63,981 nucleotides of DNA, filler included, from an uncultured bacterium (GCA_964449065.1; 3 parts of 3 records of this genome joined end to end with filler, not necessarily neighbours in it), one strand, 5' to 3'; counted from the whole stretch's first letter, positions 40,802-52,100 are shown. Notes: generated by a model not told the origin, from the sequence alone. Made by a program: numbers and translations.

Positions 40802-41944
40802 TCAAGTCTTGACCGCCAATTCCATTTGCATTTCATTCATAGTCTGCTGAACCGCTCCCAGCAAAATTTGGATATCCGGGGGGAAAATACGTCCGATATT
40901 CCCGATGCGGAAACAATCCGCGTCACTCACTTTGCCGGGATAAATCACCTGTTCTTTTTGATTCAGAGCATCATAAAACGCCTCGAACGAAAAGTTCGGG
41001 TGTTTCGGATACAAGAAGGATGTAATGATATAGCCTTGCAGTTCCGGCGGCAGATATTCTACAAATCCCAAACGGCGCATTCCGGCAATCAATGTTTCAT
41101 AATTGGCGCGGTAGCGTTGCGCCCGGCCTGCAACCCCGCCTTCTTCCTGCAATTCCAATAAGGCTTGATGAAACGCCAGCAGTGTATGCGTCGGCGGAGT
41201 GAACCGGAACTGCCCGTTTCCCTCGAGCCCTTTCCACTGGCTGTATAAATCCAAACTTACGCTGCGGGCATAGCCTTCGGTCCTCATAAAGTGTTGGTTC
41301 CGGCAGATGGCAAACGCGAATCCGGGCACACCTTCAATGCACTTATTGGCGGATGACACCAGATAATCGACATGGCAGGCTTGAAAATCAATGGGCACCG
41401 CCCCAAAACTGCTCATCGCGTCAACAAAGTGAACCCGGTTATGTTGATGAACGATCTCACCGATTTCCTTTACCGGGTTCATTATTCCGGTTGTGGTTTC
41501 GCAATGCACTACCGCTACATGTGTAATCGCGGGATCATTCGCCAATTTGGCTTCCACGTCTTCCGGCTTGGGCCGCGTGTTTTCCGGATACACAATCGCA
41601 TCCGTTTCTATCCCTAGAACATTGGCGATATGCTGAATTCGTTTGCCGTATGCCCCGTTGATGACCGCCAATAGTTTCCCATCCGGCGGGATGGTTGAAG
41701 ATAGGACGGCCTCGATGGTAAAGGTGCCGCTGCCCTGCATGAGGACCGCTTCGTATTCGCCTTGGTGTACTCCGGCGATATCCAGCAACTGCTGCCGAAT
41801 CTCCCGAATCATTTCAATAAACGCAAAGTCGCGCGAACCCAAATCACGCAGCATGGCCGCCTTCACTGTCTGGCTGGTCGTCAAAGGGCCGGGTGTGAAA
41901 AGAATCTTATCCTTCCACCCCCGAATGGATTTTTTTTCGCTCAT
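40802..41944 (-). CDS. phnW: 2-aminoethylphosphonate:pyruvate transaminase
   Basis: LFTPGPLTTS, QGSGTF, HCETTTG, DAMSSFG, SSANKCIEGVPG, RFTPPTH, IYPGK. Confidence 0.92.
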   Translation of the reverse strand: MSEKKSIRGWKDKILFTPGPLTTSQTVKAAMLRDLGSRDFAFIEMIREIRQQLLDIAGVHQGEYEAVLMQGSGTFTIEAVLSSTIPPDGKLLAVINGAYGKRIQHIANVLGIETDAIVYPENTRPKPEDVEAKLANDPAITHVAVVHCETTTGIMNPVKEIGEIVHQHNRVHFVDAMSSFGAVPIDFQACHVDYLVSSANKCIEGVPGFAFAICRNQHFMRTEGYARSVSLDLYSQWKGLEGNGQFRFTPPTHTLLAFHQALLELQEEGGVAGRAQRYRANYETLIAGMRRLGFVEYLPPELQGYIITSFLYPKHPNFSFEAFYDALNQKEQVIYPGKVSDADCFRIGNIGRIFPPDIQILLGAVQQTMNEMQMELAVKT

Positions 41945-41976
41945 TCCTTACTCTCCAAACGCAATTTGAGGATTTT

Positions 41977-42079
41977 ATAACGATGTTATTTAGGATTGTC
42001 AGGTAAGAAAGGTGCGAAGTCCTTCTTTCGCTGAGGCGTATCGCAGCGCTTAATTAACGATCCTAATTGAATGTGGTAT
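41977..42079 (-). mobile_element. 103-bp mini-element family A
   Basis: Inverted homolog of 43060-43162 and 58483-58585. Confidence 0.85.
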
Positions 42080-42196
42080 TAATCTATAAAAAACGTATTA
42101 ATAGAAGCCGCATCCTGCAATATGGAAAAATATAGCCAGATTACGAAATGTTGGAATAGAATGAAACCATTCTAATAAACGATTCTCATCACTTAT

Positions 42197-42955
42197 TTAG
42201 AGATGTTTATCCGGCAATTCAGGCGGTTCCACCGGTGGAGTTGTATCGTCTTGAAATGGAGAATTCAGCAAAGCTGTGCGGATACGCAAGTTGACCATCT
42301 TCCAGGCATAGAGCATATATATAAAAATAAAGATGACCGCCAACGGCACGGACAGCAGCAGGTTAAACACACTATGAAGCACAATGGAAAGCAGGATCCC
42401 GGTGCGGATATAAGCTTTCTTGCGCCGTGTCCAAGGGGTGCATTTGGTCACACCCAGCGCGTATCCCCACATTGCTGAAAAAATCACATGCCCCGGCACG
42501 CTCAACAGCGCCCGGGTGGCCGAAACCCCTATCACGGAACCGGTTTGATAGGCCTCATCCGTCCCCGCTTCATGAAGAAGATACGCGCTTAAAACATAGC
42601 TTAAATTTTCAAACGAAGCGAACCCCAGCGCGGCGGATGCCGCATATACGATCCCATCCATGGTCTCGTTGAATTCATGATGCCGGTAAACGCTATAGCG
42701 TACGGAATAAAACTTCGCCAACTCTTCAACAACGGGAGCGACAAAAATCACATTGATCGCCGGTGAAATGCCGTGCACATATTCAATCGCAATCCATTCA
42801 ATCACTCCTGCCGGAATCACCGCGCCCATCCCAAAGATGAATGTCCGAAAGACCAGCCATTTCGGTTCCGGTTCCCACCGGTCGCGCTGATAAAAATACC
42901 ACAGCCAAAAGAGACCCGGCCCAAACGATAACAGAAGCAGCACATACCAACTCAT
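42197..42955 (-). CDS. prsW: PrsW-family intramembrane metalloprotease
   Basis: DRWEPEP, VEELAK, ALGFASFEN, PGH, LHSVFN. Confidence 0.9.
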   Translation of the reverse strand: MSWYVLLLLSFGPGLFWLWYFYQRDRWEPEPKWLVFRTFIFGMGAVIPAGVIEWIAIEYVHGISPAINVIFVAPVVEELAKFYSVRYSVYRHHEFNETMDGIVYAASAALGFASFENLSYVLSAYLLHEAGTDEAYQTGSVIGVSATRALLSVPGHVIFSAMWGYALGVTKCTPWTRRKKAYIRTGILLSIVLHSVFNLLLSVPLAVIFIFIYMLYAWKMVNLRIRTALLNSPFQDDTTPPVEPPELPDKHL

Positions 42956-43059
42956 AAGGATCAAATCTTTCTGTACGTTAATTGATACACAATAATTCAT
43001 GCACAGTTTCTATGCATACACAGTTGAATACCAACCGGAAGATTAGAGATAAGGTCGTA

Positions 43060-43162
43060 AGACCATTTCCAATTAGGATTGTGAATTTAACGCGGCGGTA
43101 AGTCTCAGCGAAAGAAGGACTTCGCACCTTTCTTACTTGAAAATCCTAAATAATATCGGTAT
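43060..43162 (+). mobile_element. 103-bp mini-element family A
   Basis: ACCATTTCCAATTAGG...CTCAGCGAAAGAAGGACTT...CCTAAATAATATCGGTAT. Confidence 0.85.
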
Positions 43163-43313
43163 AAAACCGTAGGGTAGAGTGGGCGCGGCACCTGTATTTG
43201 TCAATATCTCACAATAACAGCGATTGCAACAACGCCAACAATTCCAACAGAATATTCGTTGTGGGGATATTGCGGCCCGCATGGATGGCACATCGATTTT
43301 CATCCAAACCGGA

Positions 43314-45575
43314 TTATGAAGGACGCTGCAATTCAAACCGTCCATAGGAATTTTTCAGTTCCGTTCGCAGGGGCTGATGCTCTTCCAACTTCAACTCGGC
43401 ATCTTTCTGATACAATTGCATGGCCGCTTTGCTCGCGTCTTGCAGAATCGGTTGGTCTTGTACCGGATCACCGATTTTAAACATCTGCGCTCCGCTCTGT
43501 CTGGTCCCGAAAATTTCGCCGGGGCCGCGGAGTTTTAAATCTTCTTCCGCCAATTGAAAGCCGTCGCGGGTACGTTCCAGTGCTTTCATGCGTTCCTTTG
43601 CGTATGGCGGGATGGATTCAGGCGTTACCATGATAAAATAAGATTTCAATGTTCCCCGCCCGACGCGGCCGCGCAACTGATGCAGCTGCGCCAACCCAAA
43701 CCGTTCCGCCCCCAATACGACCATGATGGTTGCGTTGGGCAAATCCACTCCCACTTCAACGACAGTCGTGGAGACCACGATATCAATTTCTTGATCGCGC
43801 AGTTTTGCCATGATGGTGGTTTTCTCGTCGTTGTTTAACTTCCCGTGCAGCATGGCTACCCGGCGGTGGCTGAAATGCTCTTCGCACAATTGAATGAAGG
43901 CATCTTCCGTTGACGGCAGTTGTGGAACTTTTTCGGATGCGCTGATGATGGGACAAACCACATACATTTGCTGCCCTTGATTGATTTTCTCGTCAACAAA
44001 TTCCCAAATCTTTTGTTCGTTGCTCCAATGCGTCCAGCGGGTGATAACCGGCGGCCGCCCCGGCGGCAAGGTACGGATGGTTGAAACATCCATATCCCCA
44101 AACAGAGTCAAGGAAAGCGTGCGGGGTATAGGGGTGGCAGTCGCCACCAACAAATCAGGATGACGGCCTTTGCTCACCAATTGCTGCCGTTGATTTACCC
44201 CGAATTTATGCTGTTCATCCACGACCGCCAAGCCTAAATTGGCAAATTCGACCCGCTCTTGAAAGAGAGAATGCGTTCCGACAATGATGTGCGCGGCACC
44301 GGTTTTGATAGCCAGCAGGGCTTCGTTTGTTTCTTTGGTATTGCTTTTGCCGCTGAGAAACGCAATGCGCAATCCTGTGATATTAACAGTGAAATTCAGG
44401 ATGGTTTGAAAATGCTGGCGCGCGAGCAGGTCTGTCGGCGCCATGAATACCGCCTGATAACCGGAGGCCACTGCCGCCATCATGGCATACAAACACACCA
44501 CGGTTTTCCCCGAACCGACATCCCCTTGCAGCAAACGGTTCATGGGTTTGGGCAAGGCCATGTCCTCCAAGATTTCTTCACAAACCTGTTTCTGTTCATT
44601 GGTTAACTCAAATGGGAGCGATTGAATGAATAAGAAGGGATAATGTTTTGGGTTTTCTGGGTTTAAATCAACCGCCTCTGCTTCCGTAAAGGGATTTGGT
44701 TGCGGCAATGAATGCGGAATCCCTGTAAGTTGCTTAATCTTTCCCCGCATGGTTTGCAGCAAGAACTGGTGTTGGAAAAACTCTTCAAATACTAGACGGT
44801 AGCGGGCCTGACTCCAGTTTGAGTTGGGATCGGAGGAAATCAGCACGCCGCGCTGCTCACCGTCTGTTTCTCCTGTCTGATCAAACAGCAGCGCCTGTTC
44901 TGGGGTTTTTTGAGCAATCGGAGCCCCATCCATTGGTTGGGGGAAGTGAATCACGCGCAAGGCTTCTAACCGTTGATAGAGGTCATATTCATCTAACATC
45001 CATCTCGGTAGAAATTCCTGCCAGTATTCACTGAACCGCTCAAAGGCGTTTTCAATGATCTCCAACATACCCCCTTGTGTTATGCCTTCCGTAAGTGGAT
45101 AAAGCGGGACAATGCCGCTACGCACTTTTGTTTCAGTATCGGCGGGTTGAATTTTGGGAGAAACGATCTGCAAAAAATGCTTTTTAAACTCAACCTTGCC
45201 GTGCAACATCACATCGCTGCCTTCTTTGAGCTGTTTTTTTAAGAAGGGCTGATTAAACCAGACCGCTTCAATCGTACCAGTGGTGTCTTCGATATAGGCC
45301 TCTAATATGCTGCGTACCCTGCTTTTGGATTGCGGCCTTCGTTCCTTAACGGAAATGACGGTGCCGCGAATGGAGTAAACACTGCCGGGCTTTAAATTGT
45401 GAATGTGCGTTAATGAATGGTGGTCTTCATACGCGCGGGGAAAATGCCAAAACAAATCGGCTGCGGTTTCAATCCGCATTTTTTTCAAAAGCATTGCCCG
45501 TCTTGGCCCTACCTTGGGGCAAAATTGGACAGGCGATTGAAGTCCTTCATTCTGTAAGGGAGAATTTTGTTTCAT
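43314..45575 (-). CDS. recG: ATP-dependent DNA helicase RecG
   Basis: QGDVGSGKT, DEQH, TATPIPR, QLHQLRGRVGRG, LRGPGE..GTRQSG. Confidence 0.96.
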   Translation of the reverse strand: MKQNSPLQNEGLQSPVQFCPKVGPRRAMLLKKMRIETAADLFWHFPRAYEDHHSLTHIHNLKPGSVYSIRGTVISVKERRPQSKSRVRSILEAYIEDTTGTIEAVWFNQPFLKKQLKEGSDVMLHGKVEFKKHFLQIVSPKIQPADTETKVRSGIVPLYPLTEGITQGGMLEIIENAFERFSEYWQEFLPRWMLDEYDLYQRLEALRVIHFPQPMDGAPIAQKTPEQALLFDQTGETDGEQRGVLISSDPNSNWSQARYRLVFEEFFQHQFLLQTMRGKIKQLTGIPHSLPQPNPFTEAEAVDLNPENPKHYPFLFIQSLPFELTNEQKQVCEEILEDMALPKPMNRLLQGDVGSGKTVVCLYAMMAAVASGYQAVFMAPTDLLARQHFQTILNFTVNITGLRIAFLSGKSNTKETNEALLAIKTGAAHIIVGTHSLFQERVEFANLGLAVVDEQHKFGVNQRQQLVSKGRHPDLLVATATPIPRTLSLTLFGDMDVSTIRTLPPGRPPVITRWTHWSNEQKIWEFVDEKINQGQQMYVVCPIISASEKVPQLPSTEDAFIQLCEEHFSHRRVAMLHGKLNNDEKTTIMAKLRDQEIDIVVSTTVVEVGVDLPNATIMVVLGAERFGLAQLHQLRGRVGRGTLKSYFIMVTPESIPPYAKERMKALERTRDGFQLAEEDLKLRGPGEIFGTRQSGAQMFKIGDPVQDQPILQDASKAAMQLYQKDAELKLEEHQPLRTELKNSYGRFELQRPS

Positions 45576-45646
45576 GGAAGATAAGCAATAGGCAACATTT
45601 GCCCGCTTTCATCTAAAATATAATTTGGGTTTTATGCGAAAAAGAC

Positions 45647-45673
45647 TAAAGATCAATTTATCTCAGCCGATTA
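45647..45673 (+). promoter_or_regulatory. sigma28 promoter
   Basis: TAAA-N15-GCCGATTA. Confidence 0.8.
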
Positions 45674-45698
45674 TATAAATTTTATGCCCGAATCATCT

Positions 45699-45715
45699 TT
45701 GGCACCACGTTTGCG
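45699..45715 (+). promoter_or_regulatory. sigma54 promoter
   Basis: TTGGCAC-cacgt-TTGCG. Confidence 0.8.
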
Positions 45716-45769
45716 TTGTGAAATGCTAACGTTGTCTTTCGCGTGGAACGCGGAAAAAAAATACCATGG

Positions 45770-47953
45770 ATGGTCCAAATGGGCAACTTTAATTTTATAC
45801 CTCTACCCAACGCAATTCCAACCGCTGCTAAAACCAGTACCGGCGCCAAGCTGGAAACCGATGGAAGTTTAGCGCCTCAAGCGAATGGAAAATCGTTCCA
45901 AACGTTACTCACCCAAGCCGGCGAAAAAATTAAACCGGAACAATCCGGTAAAAGCGTTGCGTTTAACGAGTTGCCCAAAGAACTGCAACAAATCATTCGG
46001 GAAAAATTTGGTATCCAAAAAGACGGTGACGTACAACTGATTCAACTCCCTGCTAATGCGGTGCGCGTGGATGAAAACGGTGAATTACGCATTTCGATCG
46101 ATGAGATTGAATCGCTCTTGCAGCAAAAGAATCTTGCAGATAACGAAAACAAGTTCCATTTTATTGATATCAAAAATCTGGAAAAAAATTCCGGGAATAA
46201 GGAAAGTGGTGACGGGGAAATAAACCGGAGTAACCTAGTAAATCTAAATTCATTAGAGCAAATGAATTCGGAAGAAAAAATCAGTAAAAATACAAATGAA
46301 GATGCAAAAACCAAATCCGCAATCCCTTCAGAATCAGGTTTAAATAATAATACCCATGAATTTCTTTCCCTTTCCGAGCAAGCAAAAAACGCTTCCTCTG
46401 ATGAACTTCAATCCACCACGGAAAAAATTGCCGAAAACGTAAAAAAGAATATTGCCGGCTTATCCAGCAATGGTGATACGGTGAAGTTAACCAATGGAAA
46501 GCCGGAGGATCAGGCGGCGTTAGGCAAGTTTGGAGTCAAGCAGCAGATTGAAGTTGCAGAAACGAAACAATCGGACTTGAATAAGAACGAACGGAATCTG
46601 GAATCAGGAAAGCCAAATGCACCAAAAGAAAGCGGGCTTTTCTCTTCTGAAACAAGTAAAAAAGAAGGGGTTAATCCCACGCAATTTCAAAGCAACAGTT
46701 CGCAGGTGATTTATTTCCGTAATCCACAATCAAACGGTATTCAAGCGGATGTGAAAGTATCGAAGTCTATTGAAGTAACCGGCGATATGGCGGAAGAGTT
46801 GGCGAAAATGCAGAATAAGAAAGAGGGCGAAAAATCCGATTTCCTTGTTGTGAAAAGCCCGGTTCAATCCGATAAAACCAATGAAAAACCGGTGTTGTTT
46901 TTAATCAACACAAAAGATTTGCAAGCGGAACAACAGAAATCAGCCGCGGTAAAAGGGGAAGGGCTTGCAGAAAAAATATCCCAGTTAAATGGGGAAATCA
47001 AAATGAACTTTGCTGGTTCGGAGAATTCCGGACAGGATAACAAAAACGATGGGCGCGATCAACACAACAAGTCCCAAAAATTTGTCGCGTTATCGGAATC
47101 GGGTTTGCAACTGTCCCGCAGCATTAATCAGCAGGCTGAATCCAAAGATGGGGAAGGTTCATCGAAGCTGAAGTTTCATGAAGTAACCGCGCAAGAAGTG
47201 AAAAAACAAGATGGAAAAGCGCAAGACATAAATACCGAACAAACTCTCAAAACTCAAATTCAGTCCCATGCAAATCAAACCGCGTTAGAAACAAAAACGC
47301 CGGCGCAAACAGCGGCTTCGAATACAACATCCGAAAGCGGCAACACTTCGAATAGCACAACTGTAAACACCGCTTCGGTATCGCAATCGGGTGAGACTTC
47401 CAGCCAATCATCCACGCAGCAATCTTCCAGTACGCAATCGGCGGCAAAACCAAGCACGCCTCAAGAAATTCCCCAAGCCTATAAAGATGCCGCCGCGCAG
47501 CAAATCGTCAAAGGAGTGCAGTCTTCACTGGGTTCGGAACGCAGCCATATCAGTATCCGCCTGGTTCCTGAATCGCTGGGGAAAGTGGATATCCAACTCA
47601 AGATGGAAAACGGCATGATGACGGCGCACATCGTCGCTGAAAAAGAATCCACCCACGCCATGCTTGAGAAAAATACATCTATGTTGAAGTTGGCGTTGGA
47701 AGAAAAGAACATTCAAATCGATAAAGTGCAAATCGGACGCGATTCCAACGAATTCCGCAACCAGCAGCAGGAACAAAACAAAACCTCCGACCGCTGGAAG
47801 CAATATCAGGATGAGCAGCATAAAGAACAGAATCAATCCCGTCGAGAGCAGCGGGAGCAGCAGCAAAACGGCTCGCAGCAAGATGGCCAAAAGGGGTACA
47901 ACCCTTGGCAAACAATTTCCGAATACATGGACCGCATGTTTCAGCGGTCGTAA
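45770..47953 (+). CDS. fliK: flagellar hook-length control protein
   Basis: Long low-complexity region plus the FliK-C motif IRLVPESLGKVDI; directly upstream of flgD. Confidence 0.88.
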   Translation: MVQMGNFNFIPLPNAIPTAAKTSTGAKLETDGSLAPQANGKSFQTLLTQAGEKIKPEQSGKSVAFNELPKELQQIIREKFGIQKDGDVQLIQLPANAVRVDENGELRISIDEIESLLQQKNLADNENKFHFIDIKNLEKNSGNKESGDGEINRSNLVNLNSLEQMNSEEKISKNTNEDAKTKSAIPSESGLNNNTHEFLSLSEQAKNASSDELQSTTEKIAENVKKNIAGLSSNGDTVKLTNGKPEDQAALGKFGVKQQIEVAETKQSDLNKNERNLESGKPNAPKESGLFSSETSKKEGVNPTQFQSNSSQVIYFRNPQSNGIQADVKVSKSIEVTGDMAEELAKMQNKKEGEKSDFLVVKSPVQSDKTNEKPVLFLINTKDLQAEQQKSAAVKGEGLAEKISQLNGEIKMNFAGSENSGQDNKNDGRDQHNKSQKFVALSESGLQLSRSINQQAESKDGEGSSKLKFHEVTAQEVKKQDGKAQDINTEQTLKTQIQSHANQTALETKTPAQTAASNTTSESGNTSNSTTVNTASVSQSGETSSQSSTQQSSSTQSAAKPSTPQEIPQAYKDAAAQQIVKGVQSSLGSERSHISIRLVPESLGKVDIQLKMENGMMTAHIVAEKESTHAMLEKNTSMLKLALEEKNIQIDKVQIGRDSNEFRNQQQEQNKTSDRWKQYQDEQHKEQNQSRREQREQQQNGSQQDGQKGYNPWQTISEYMDRMFQRS

Positions 47954-47983
47954 ACAACCGGTATAAATGATAAGAGGTAAACT

Positions 47984-48646
47984 ATGGTTTCCGCACCAAC
48001 AGCCAATCAAGCGTCATTACAGCAAAACGCGATCACGCAACAGACCAATGACAACATTGGGCAAGAACAGTTTTTGCAACTCTTAATCGCGCAGCTGCAA
48101 AACCAGGACCCATTGAATCCAGTGGAAAACCAGGAGTTCGTAGCGGAACTGGCCACCTTCAGTTCGCTGGAGCAACAGCAAATGCAGACCGATCTTTTGC
48201 AACAGTTAATTGACACCAACAAAAGCAGCAATACCTCGCAAGCTTTATCGCTGATTGGTACCGACATTATGACCGCTGATACCGGCTTCCGTTATGAAAC
48301 CGGCGAGCAGTTTGAATTTACGTTTCAGGCGCTTCGACCCGGCAATGCGACGGTGCTGCTTACATCGGAATCCGGAGAAACGAAAGCCATCGATTCGATT
48401 GACGTTTCAAGAAGCGGACAGCATTTCTACACGCTGGACCCCGGACAGGCTCTTACACCCGGCAATTATACCTTATCCATCGTATCCGGCTTGGATGGCA
48501 GCGGCGAACGCATGCAGTTCCCGGCATTTATGCGGGGTGGAGTAGAAGGCGTGACCTTTAGAGAAGGCGAAGCCATGTTGACCGTGAACGGACGGGCGGT
48601 GCCGATGAATTCCGTACAAAGCATTTTCGAAAGGAAACAACCATGA
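47984..48646 (+). CDS. flgD: flagellar hook capping protein
   Basis: FLQLLIAQLQNQDPLNP..EFVAELATFSSLEQ. Confidence 0.95.
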   Translation: MVSAPTANQASLQQNAITQQTNDNIGQEQFLQLLIAQLQNQDPLNPVENQEFVAELATFSSLEQQQMQTDLLQQLIDTNKSSNTSQALSLIGTDIMTADTGFRYETGEQFEFTFQALRPGNATVLLTSESGETKAIDSIDVSRSGQHFYTLDPGQALTPGNYTLSIVSGLDGSGERMQFPAFMRGGVEGVTFREGEAMLTVNGRAVPMNSVQSIFERKQP

Positions 48647-49062
48647 GCGCGTTTTCCACTCCATCAAACGGGATACACCAACCGGATTCCATTGCCGCCC
48701 ACATGAAACCGCCGCGGGTGGAAATGACACCGAAAAAACTCGACGGACGTTCGTTTGGTGACGTGTATCAACAAACATTGGATCAGCAAAGGGAATTGAA
48801 ATTTTCGCAAACCGCTCTCAACCGAATGAAAATGATGGGGCTGGAACTGAATCAAGACGATCTGGAAAAACTGAAAAAAGCCGTTGATACAATGATTGAG
48901 AAAGGCGGCAAAGAATCCTTGGTCATGATGGACGGTACGGCCTTCGTTTTGGATACGAATTCACGAACCGTGTTGAATGTGGTGAATGATGAACGGAATT
49001 CCGCGGGAGCATTCACCAAAATAGACAGCGCGATGGTGGTGGATTCACGCGCGATTCTGTAA
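48643..49062 (+). CDS. flagellar operon protein (TIGR02530-like)
   Basis: LKFS..A..R, KGGKESLV, RTV, FTKIDSA; located between flgD and flgE. Confidence 0.85.
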   Translation: MSAFSTPSNGIHQPDSIAAHMKPPRVEMTPKKLDGRSFGDVYQQTLDQQRELKFSQTALNRMKMMGLELNQDDLEKLKKAVDTMIEKGGKESLVMMDGTAFVLDTNSRTVLNVVNDERNSAGAFTKIDSAMVVDSRAIL

Positions 49063-49185
49063 CCACTCATTCTAGAGCCACGAATATTGCCAGGAAAGAC
49101 AAAATCAACGCATACCAAATCGGTCTATATCAAACGGAGTTTGATATCAATATCACCCAGCGAATGACAGGGAGGTCATAGCAAA

Positions 49186-52100
49186 ATGACGGTACGTTCA
49201 CTATTTGTCGGATTAACCGGACTTAACGCGATGTCGCAAGGCATCGATGTTATAAGTAACAACATTGCCAACATCAACACGGTCGGATTCCGCGGCAGCC
49301 GGGCATCGTTCGATGACTTGTTCTACCGGACGCTATCGGCGGGAGTTGGATCGACCGAAAACCGCGGCGGGGTTAACCCGCAGCAGTTGGGACATGGGGT
49401 CACCACCGGGAGTATTGATACCATCTTTACGCAAGGAAGCACGCAATCCACCGGAAGGCTTCTTGATATGTCCATTCAGGGCGACGGTTTCTTTGTATTG
49501 CGTGACGGTGCCGGACAAGAATTTTTGACCCGGGCCGGAAACTTTTCTCTTGATGAAGAAGGAACGATTGTTGACCCGGGCACCGGGCTTCGGTTAATCG
49601 GACGTCAAGCCGATGAAAACGGCAACATATTGGATACGGAACCGGAAGGCGAACTTGCCATTGATTTTGGAAGACGGTCACTGGCGCAGCAAACAGAAAA
49701 TGTAACCGCCCGCGGCAACTTCGATTCCCGTGTGGGAGATCCCAATTCGGGCGTTGAAGTTTCCAACGCGAACCGGTCATCGACCCTGACGGCATTGTTT
49801 GATGAAGGCGGTGTGCCGGTTGGATTGGTGAATGGCGATGTGATTCGCTTTGACAGCGGATTCTTCGAATTGGGCAATCCGCCGGAGAATGTAGATTCGC
49901 CATTGGATTTATCCTCTCTGGATGCGGGGAAAGGGGAAGGGGTGATTCTTTCCGTAACCGAAACCACTACCTTGGCAGACTTACAAACGGCGTTCAATAC
50001 CTTTTTCCAATCCGCGGTCACAGATCTCACGCCAGGAGAGAGCAGTGGATTGAATTTCAGTTACAATGATTTATCCGGTTCATTTGAAGTCAATTCGTCT
50101 GGCGATAATGCGTTGAAGGGTGTTCGGATTGGGTTGGAAGAACGGTTCGGTGAAACCAGCCCGCCGGAAGAAGCTACACGGAACCTTGGGAATTTGTTTG
50201 TCAATCAAAACGACACCGATTTCTCGAAAACATTAAATGTCAGTTCGCAGCAAGTGGTTGAAACGCAGCAGATTCGCAAAGCGGATACAACCACTTCCAT
50301 CGATATTTTTGATTCACAAGGGAACTCTCATACCTTAGCGGTTGGCATGGCGCGGGATACGCAAGCGCCTGCCGCCATCCAAAATACTCTGGTTAATGAA
50401 TTGACGGATGCCGAAGGCAACAAACTGATCCCCAGTGATGTAATACCGGCCAAGCCGGTCTTTTCGGAACCGCAATTGGATAGCAGCACCAATACCGCTG
50501 TGTTTACCGCCTCACAGGTCAGCAATATCGTTGCCACGCAAGGAGTGTATTCCTTCCAAGATGGAGGGGGGAATATGGTTTCGCTGCGCTTGTCCGATGG
50601 AGCTCTTTCGTTTAACGGCGGCCAGTTTATTCAACCCGTTCAAAACGACGGCACGATTACAGCCGCACTGGCGGATGCGGGCTTGGATGTGACCGGTGAA
50701 GAAATTTTAAATATACCCAGCGCGGAAAATCCCGGCGGCGGCTTGCTCGGCGATCAAGGGTTTGAAGCCACCACAACGCTGGAAGACATTCGCGGCCAGT
50801 TGGAACGCCGTATCAACGCCGCGATCTCTCAAGTCGCCGGCAATCTCGAAAATCTGGATGTAAACCAATTGCCGGCCGGTGCCGACCCCACATTGGCACT
50901 GACCAATCCGGAGGATTTTCCCGCGAATCCAATTAGCGTGACACTAACGGATGACGGCAGCTTTAGTTTTTCCGTGGCCAACGGCAATCTCGGTTCTCCC
51001 TCAACGGATGATGAAGAGCAGGCAAATGCGTTGATCAATCAGGCCGGTGAAAATAACATGGGATTGGTATTTGATCTTGCCGCCCAAACCCGCTCCATCC
51101 GTGTCAGCACCATCGATCCCGGACCCACGATCGACGATGCGAACGATGACAACCCCGATGGGCAAGTTGATGACAGTTTTGTGGGCGATAACCGCGTTAC
51201 CGGTTTTATACAAAATGCCGATCCGTTTGGCGAGAATATCCAAGACTTTTTTGATATCGGCGATACGGATTTTCGCGTCTTTGACCCCGCTCTCGATCCC
51301 GCGGCTGAAGAAGCGGGCGACCGCGGAATCGACGATTCCGGCGTGCATTTGGTCGCTCTGAGTTCCGGCCTTTTCGGCAATACGGATGAACTGGCCGCGC
51401 AAAACTTTGATGGCCAACAGGCTTTTGATCCCCAAGTGACGGCGTTTCGCGCTCTGTTCAACAAGCGTGGATTCGGCATCCCGCAAAATTTTGACGCGGC
51501 TCCCGGCGTTGACAAAGTTCCAAACGTCCCAGTCGGAATCGTTGCGGGTTCGAACGATGTTACCCCGTTTGAGATCAATACCATCCATCAAGATGGGTTG
51601 ACCCGCAACACCGTGAATTACCAAGCGGTGGTGCCCAGTGATTTCCGGACGCCGCCGGTGAACAATACCGGCACGCTGATCTTTGATTCCGAAGGCCGTT
51701 TTCAAAGCTTTGACGGCACGGCCACACCTCCAACCATCAGCTTTGATCCCGATAACAACGATCCGGAAAACGGTGGCGTTGATCCCATACCGTTTAAATT
51801 GGATCTTTCCAGCATCACCTACACCACCGGAGCGCAAAGTGTACAGTTAGACACCCAAGACGGCCGGCCGGTTGGAAACTTGGACAATGTCAGCATCGCG
51901 CAAAACGGTGAAATCATCGGGGTCTTTACCAATGGAGATACGCAGTCACTCGGTCAAATTCGCTTGGCCAATGTGCGCAACGAAAGCGGCTTGATTCAAG
52001 AAGGAGCGACCATGTTCACCACCGGCCCGAACTCCGGAGAACGAATCTTCGCCGACGCGGGCACGGATGCGGGTTCGATCAGTTCCGGCTCTCTGGAACT

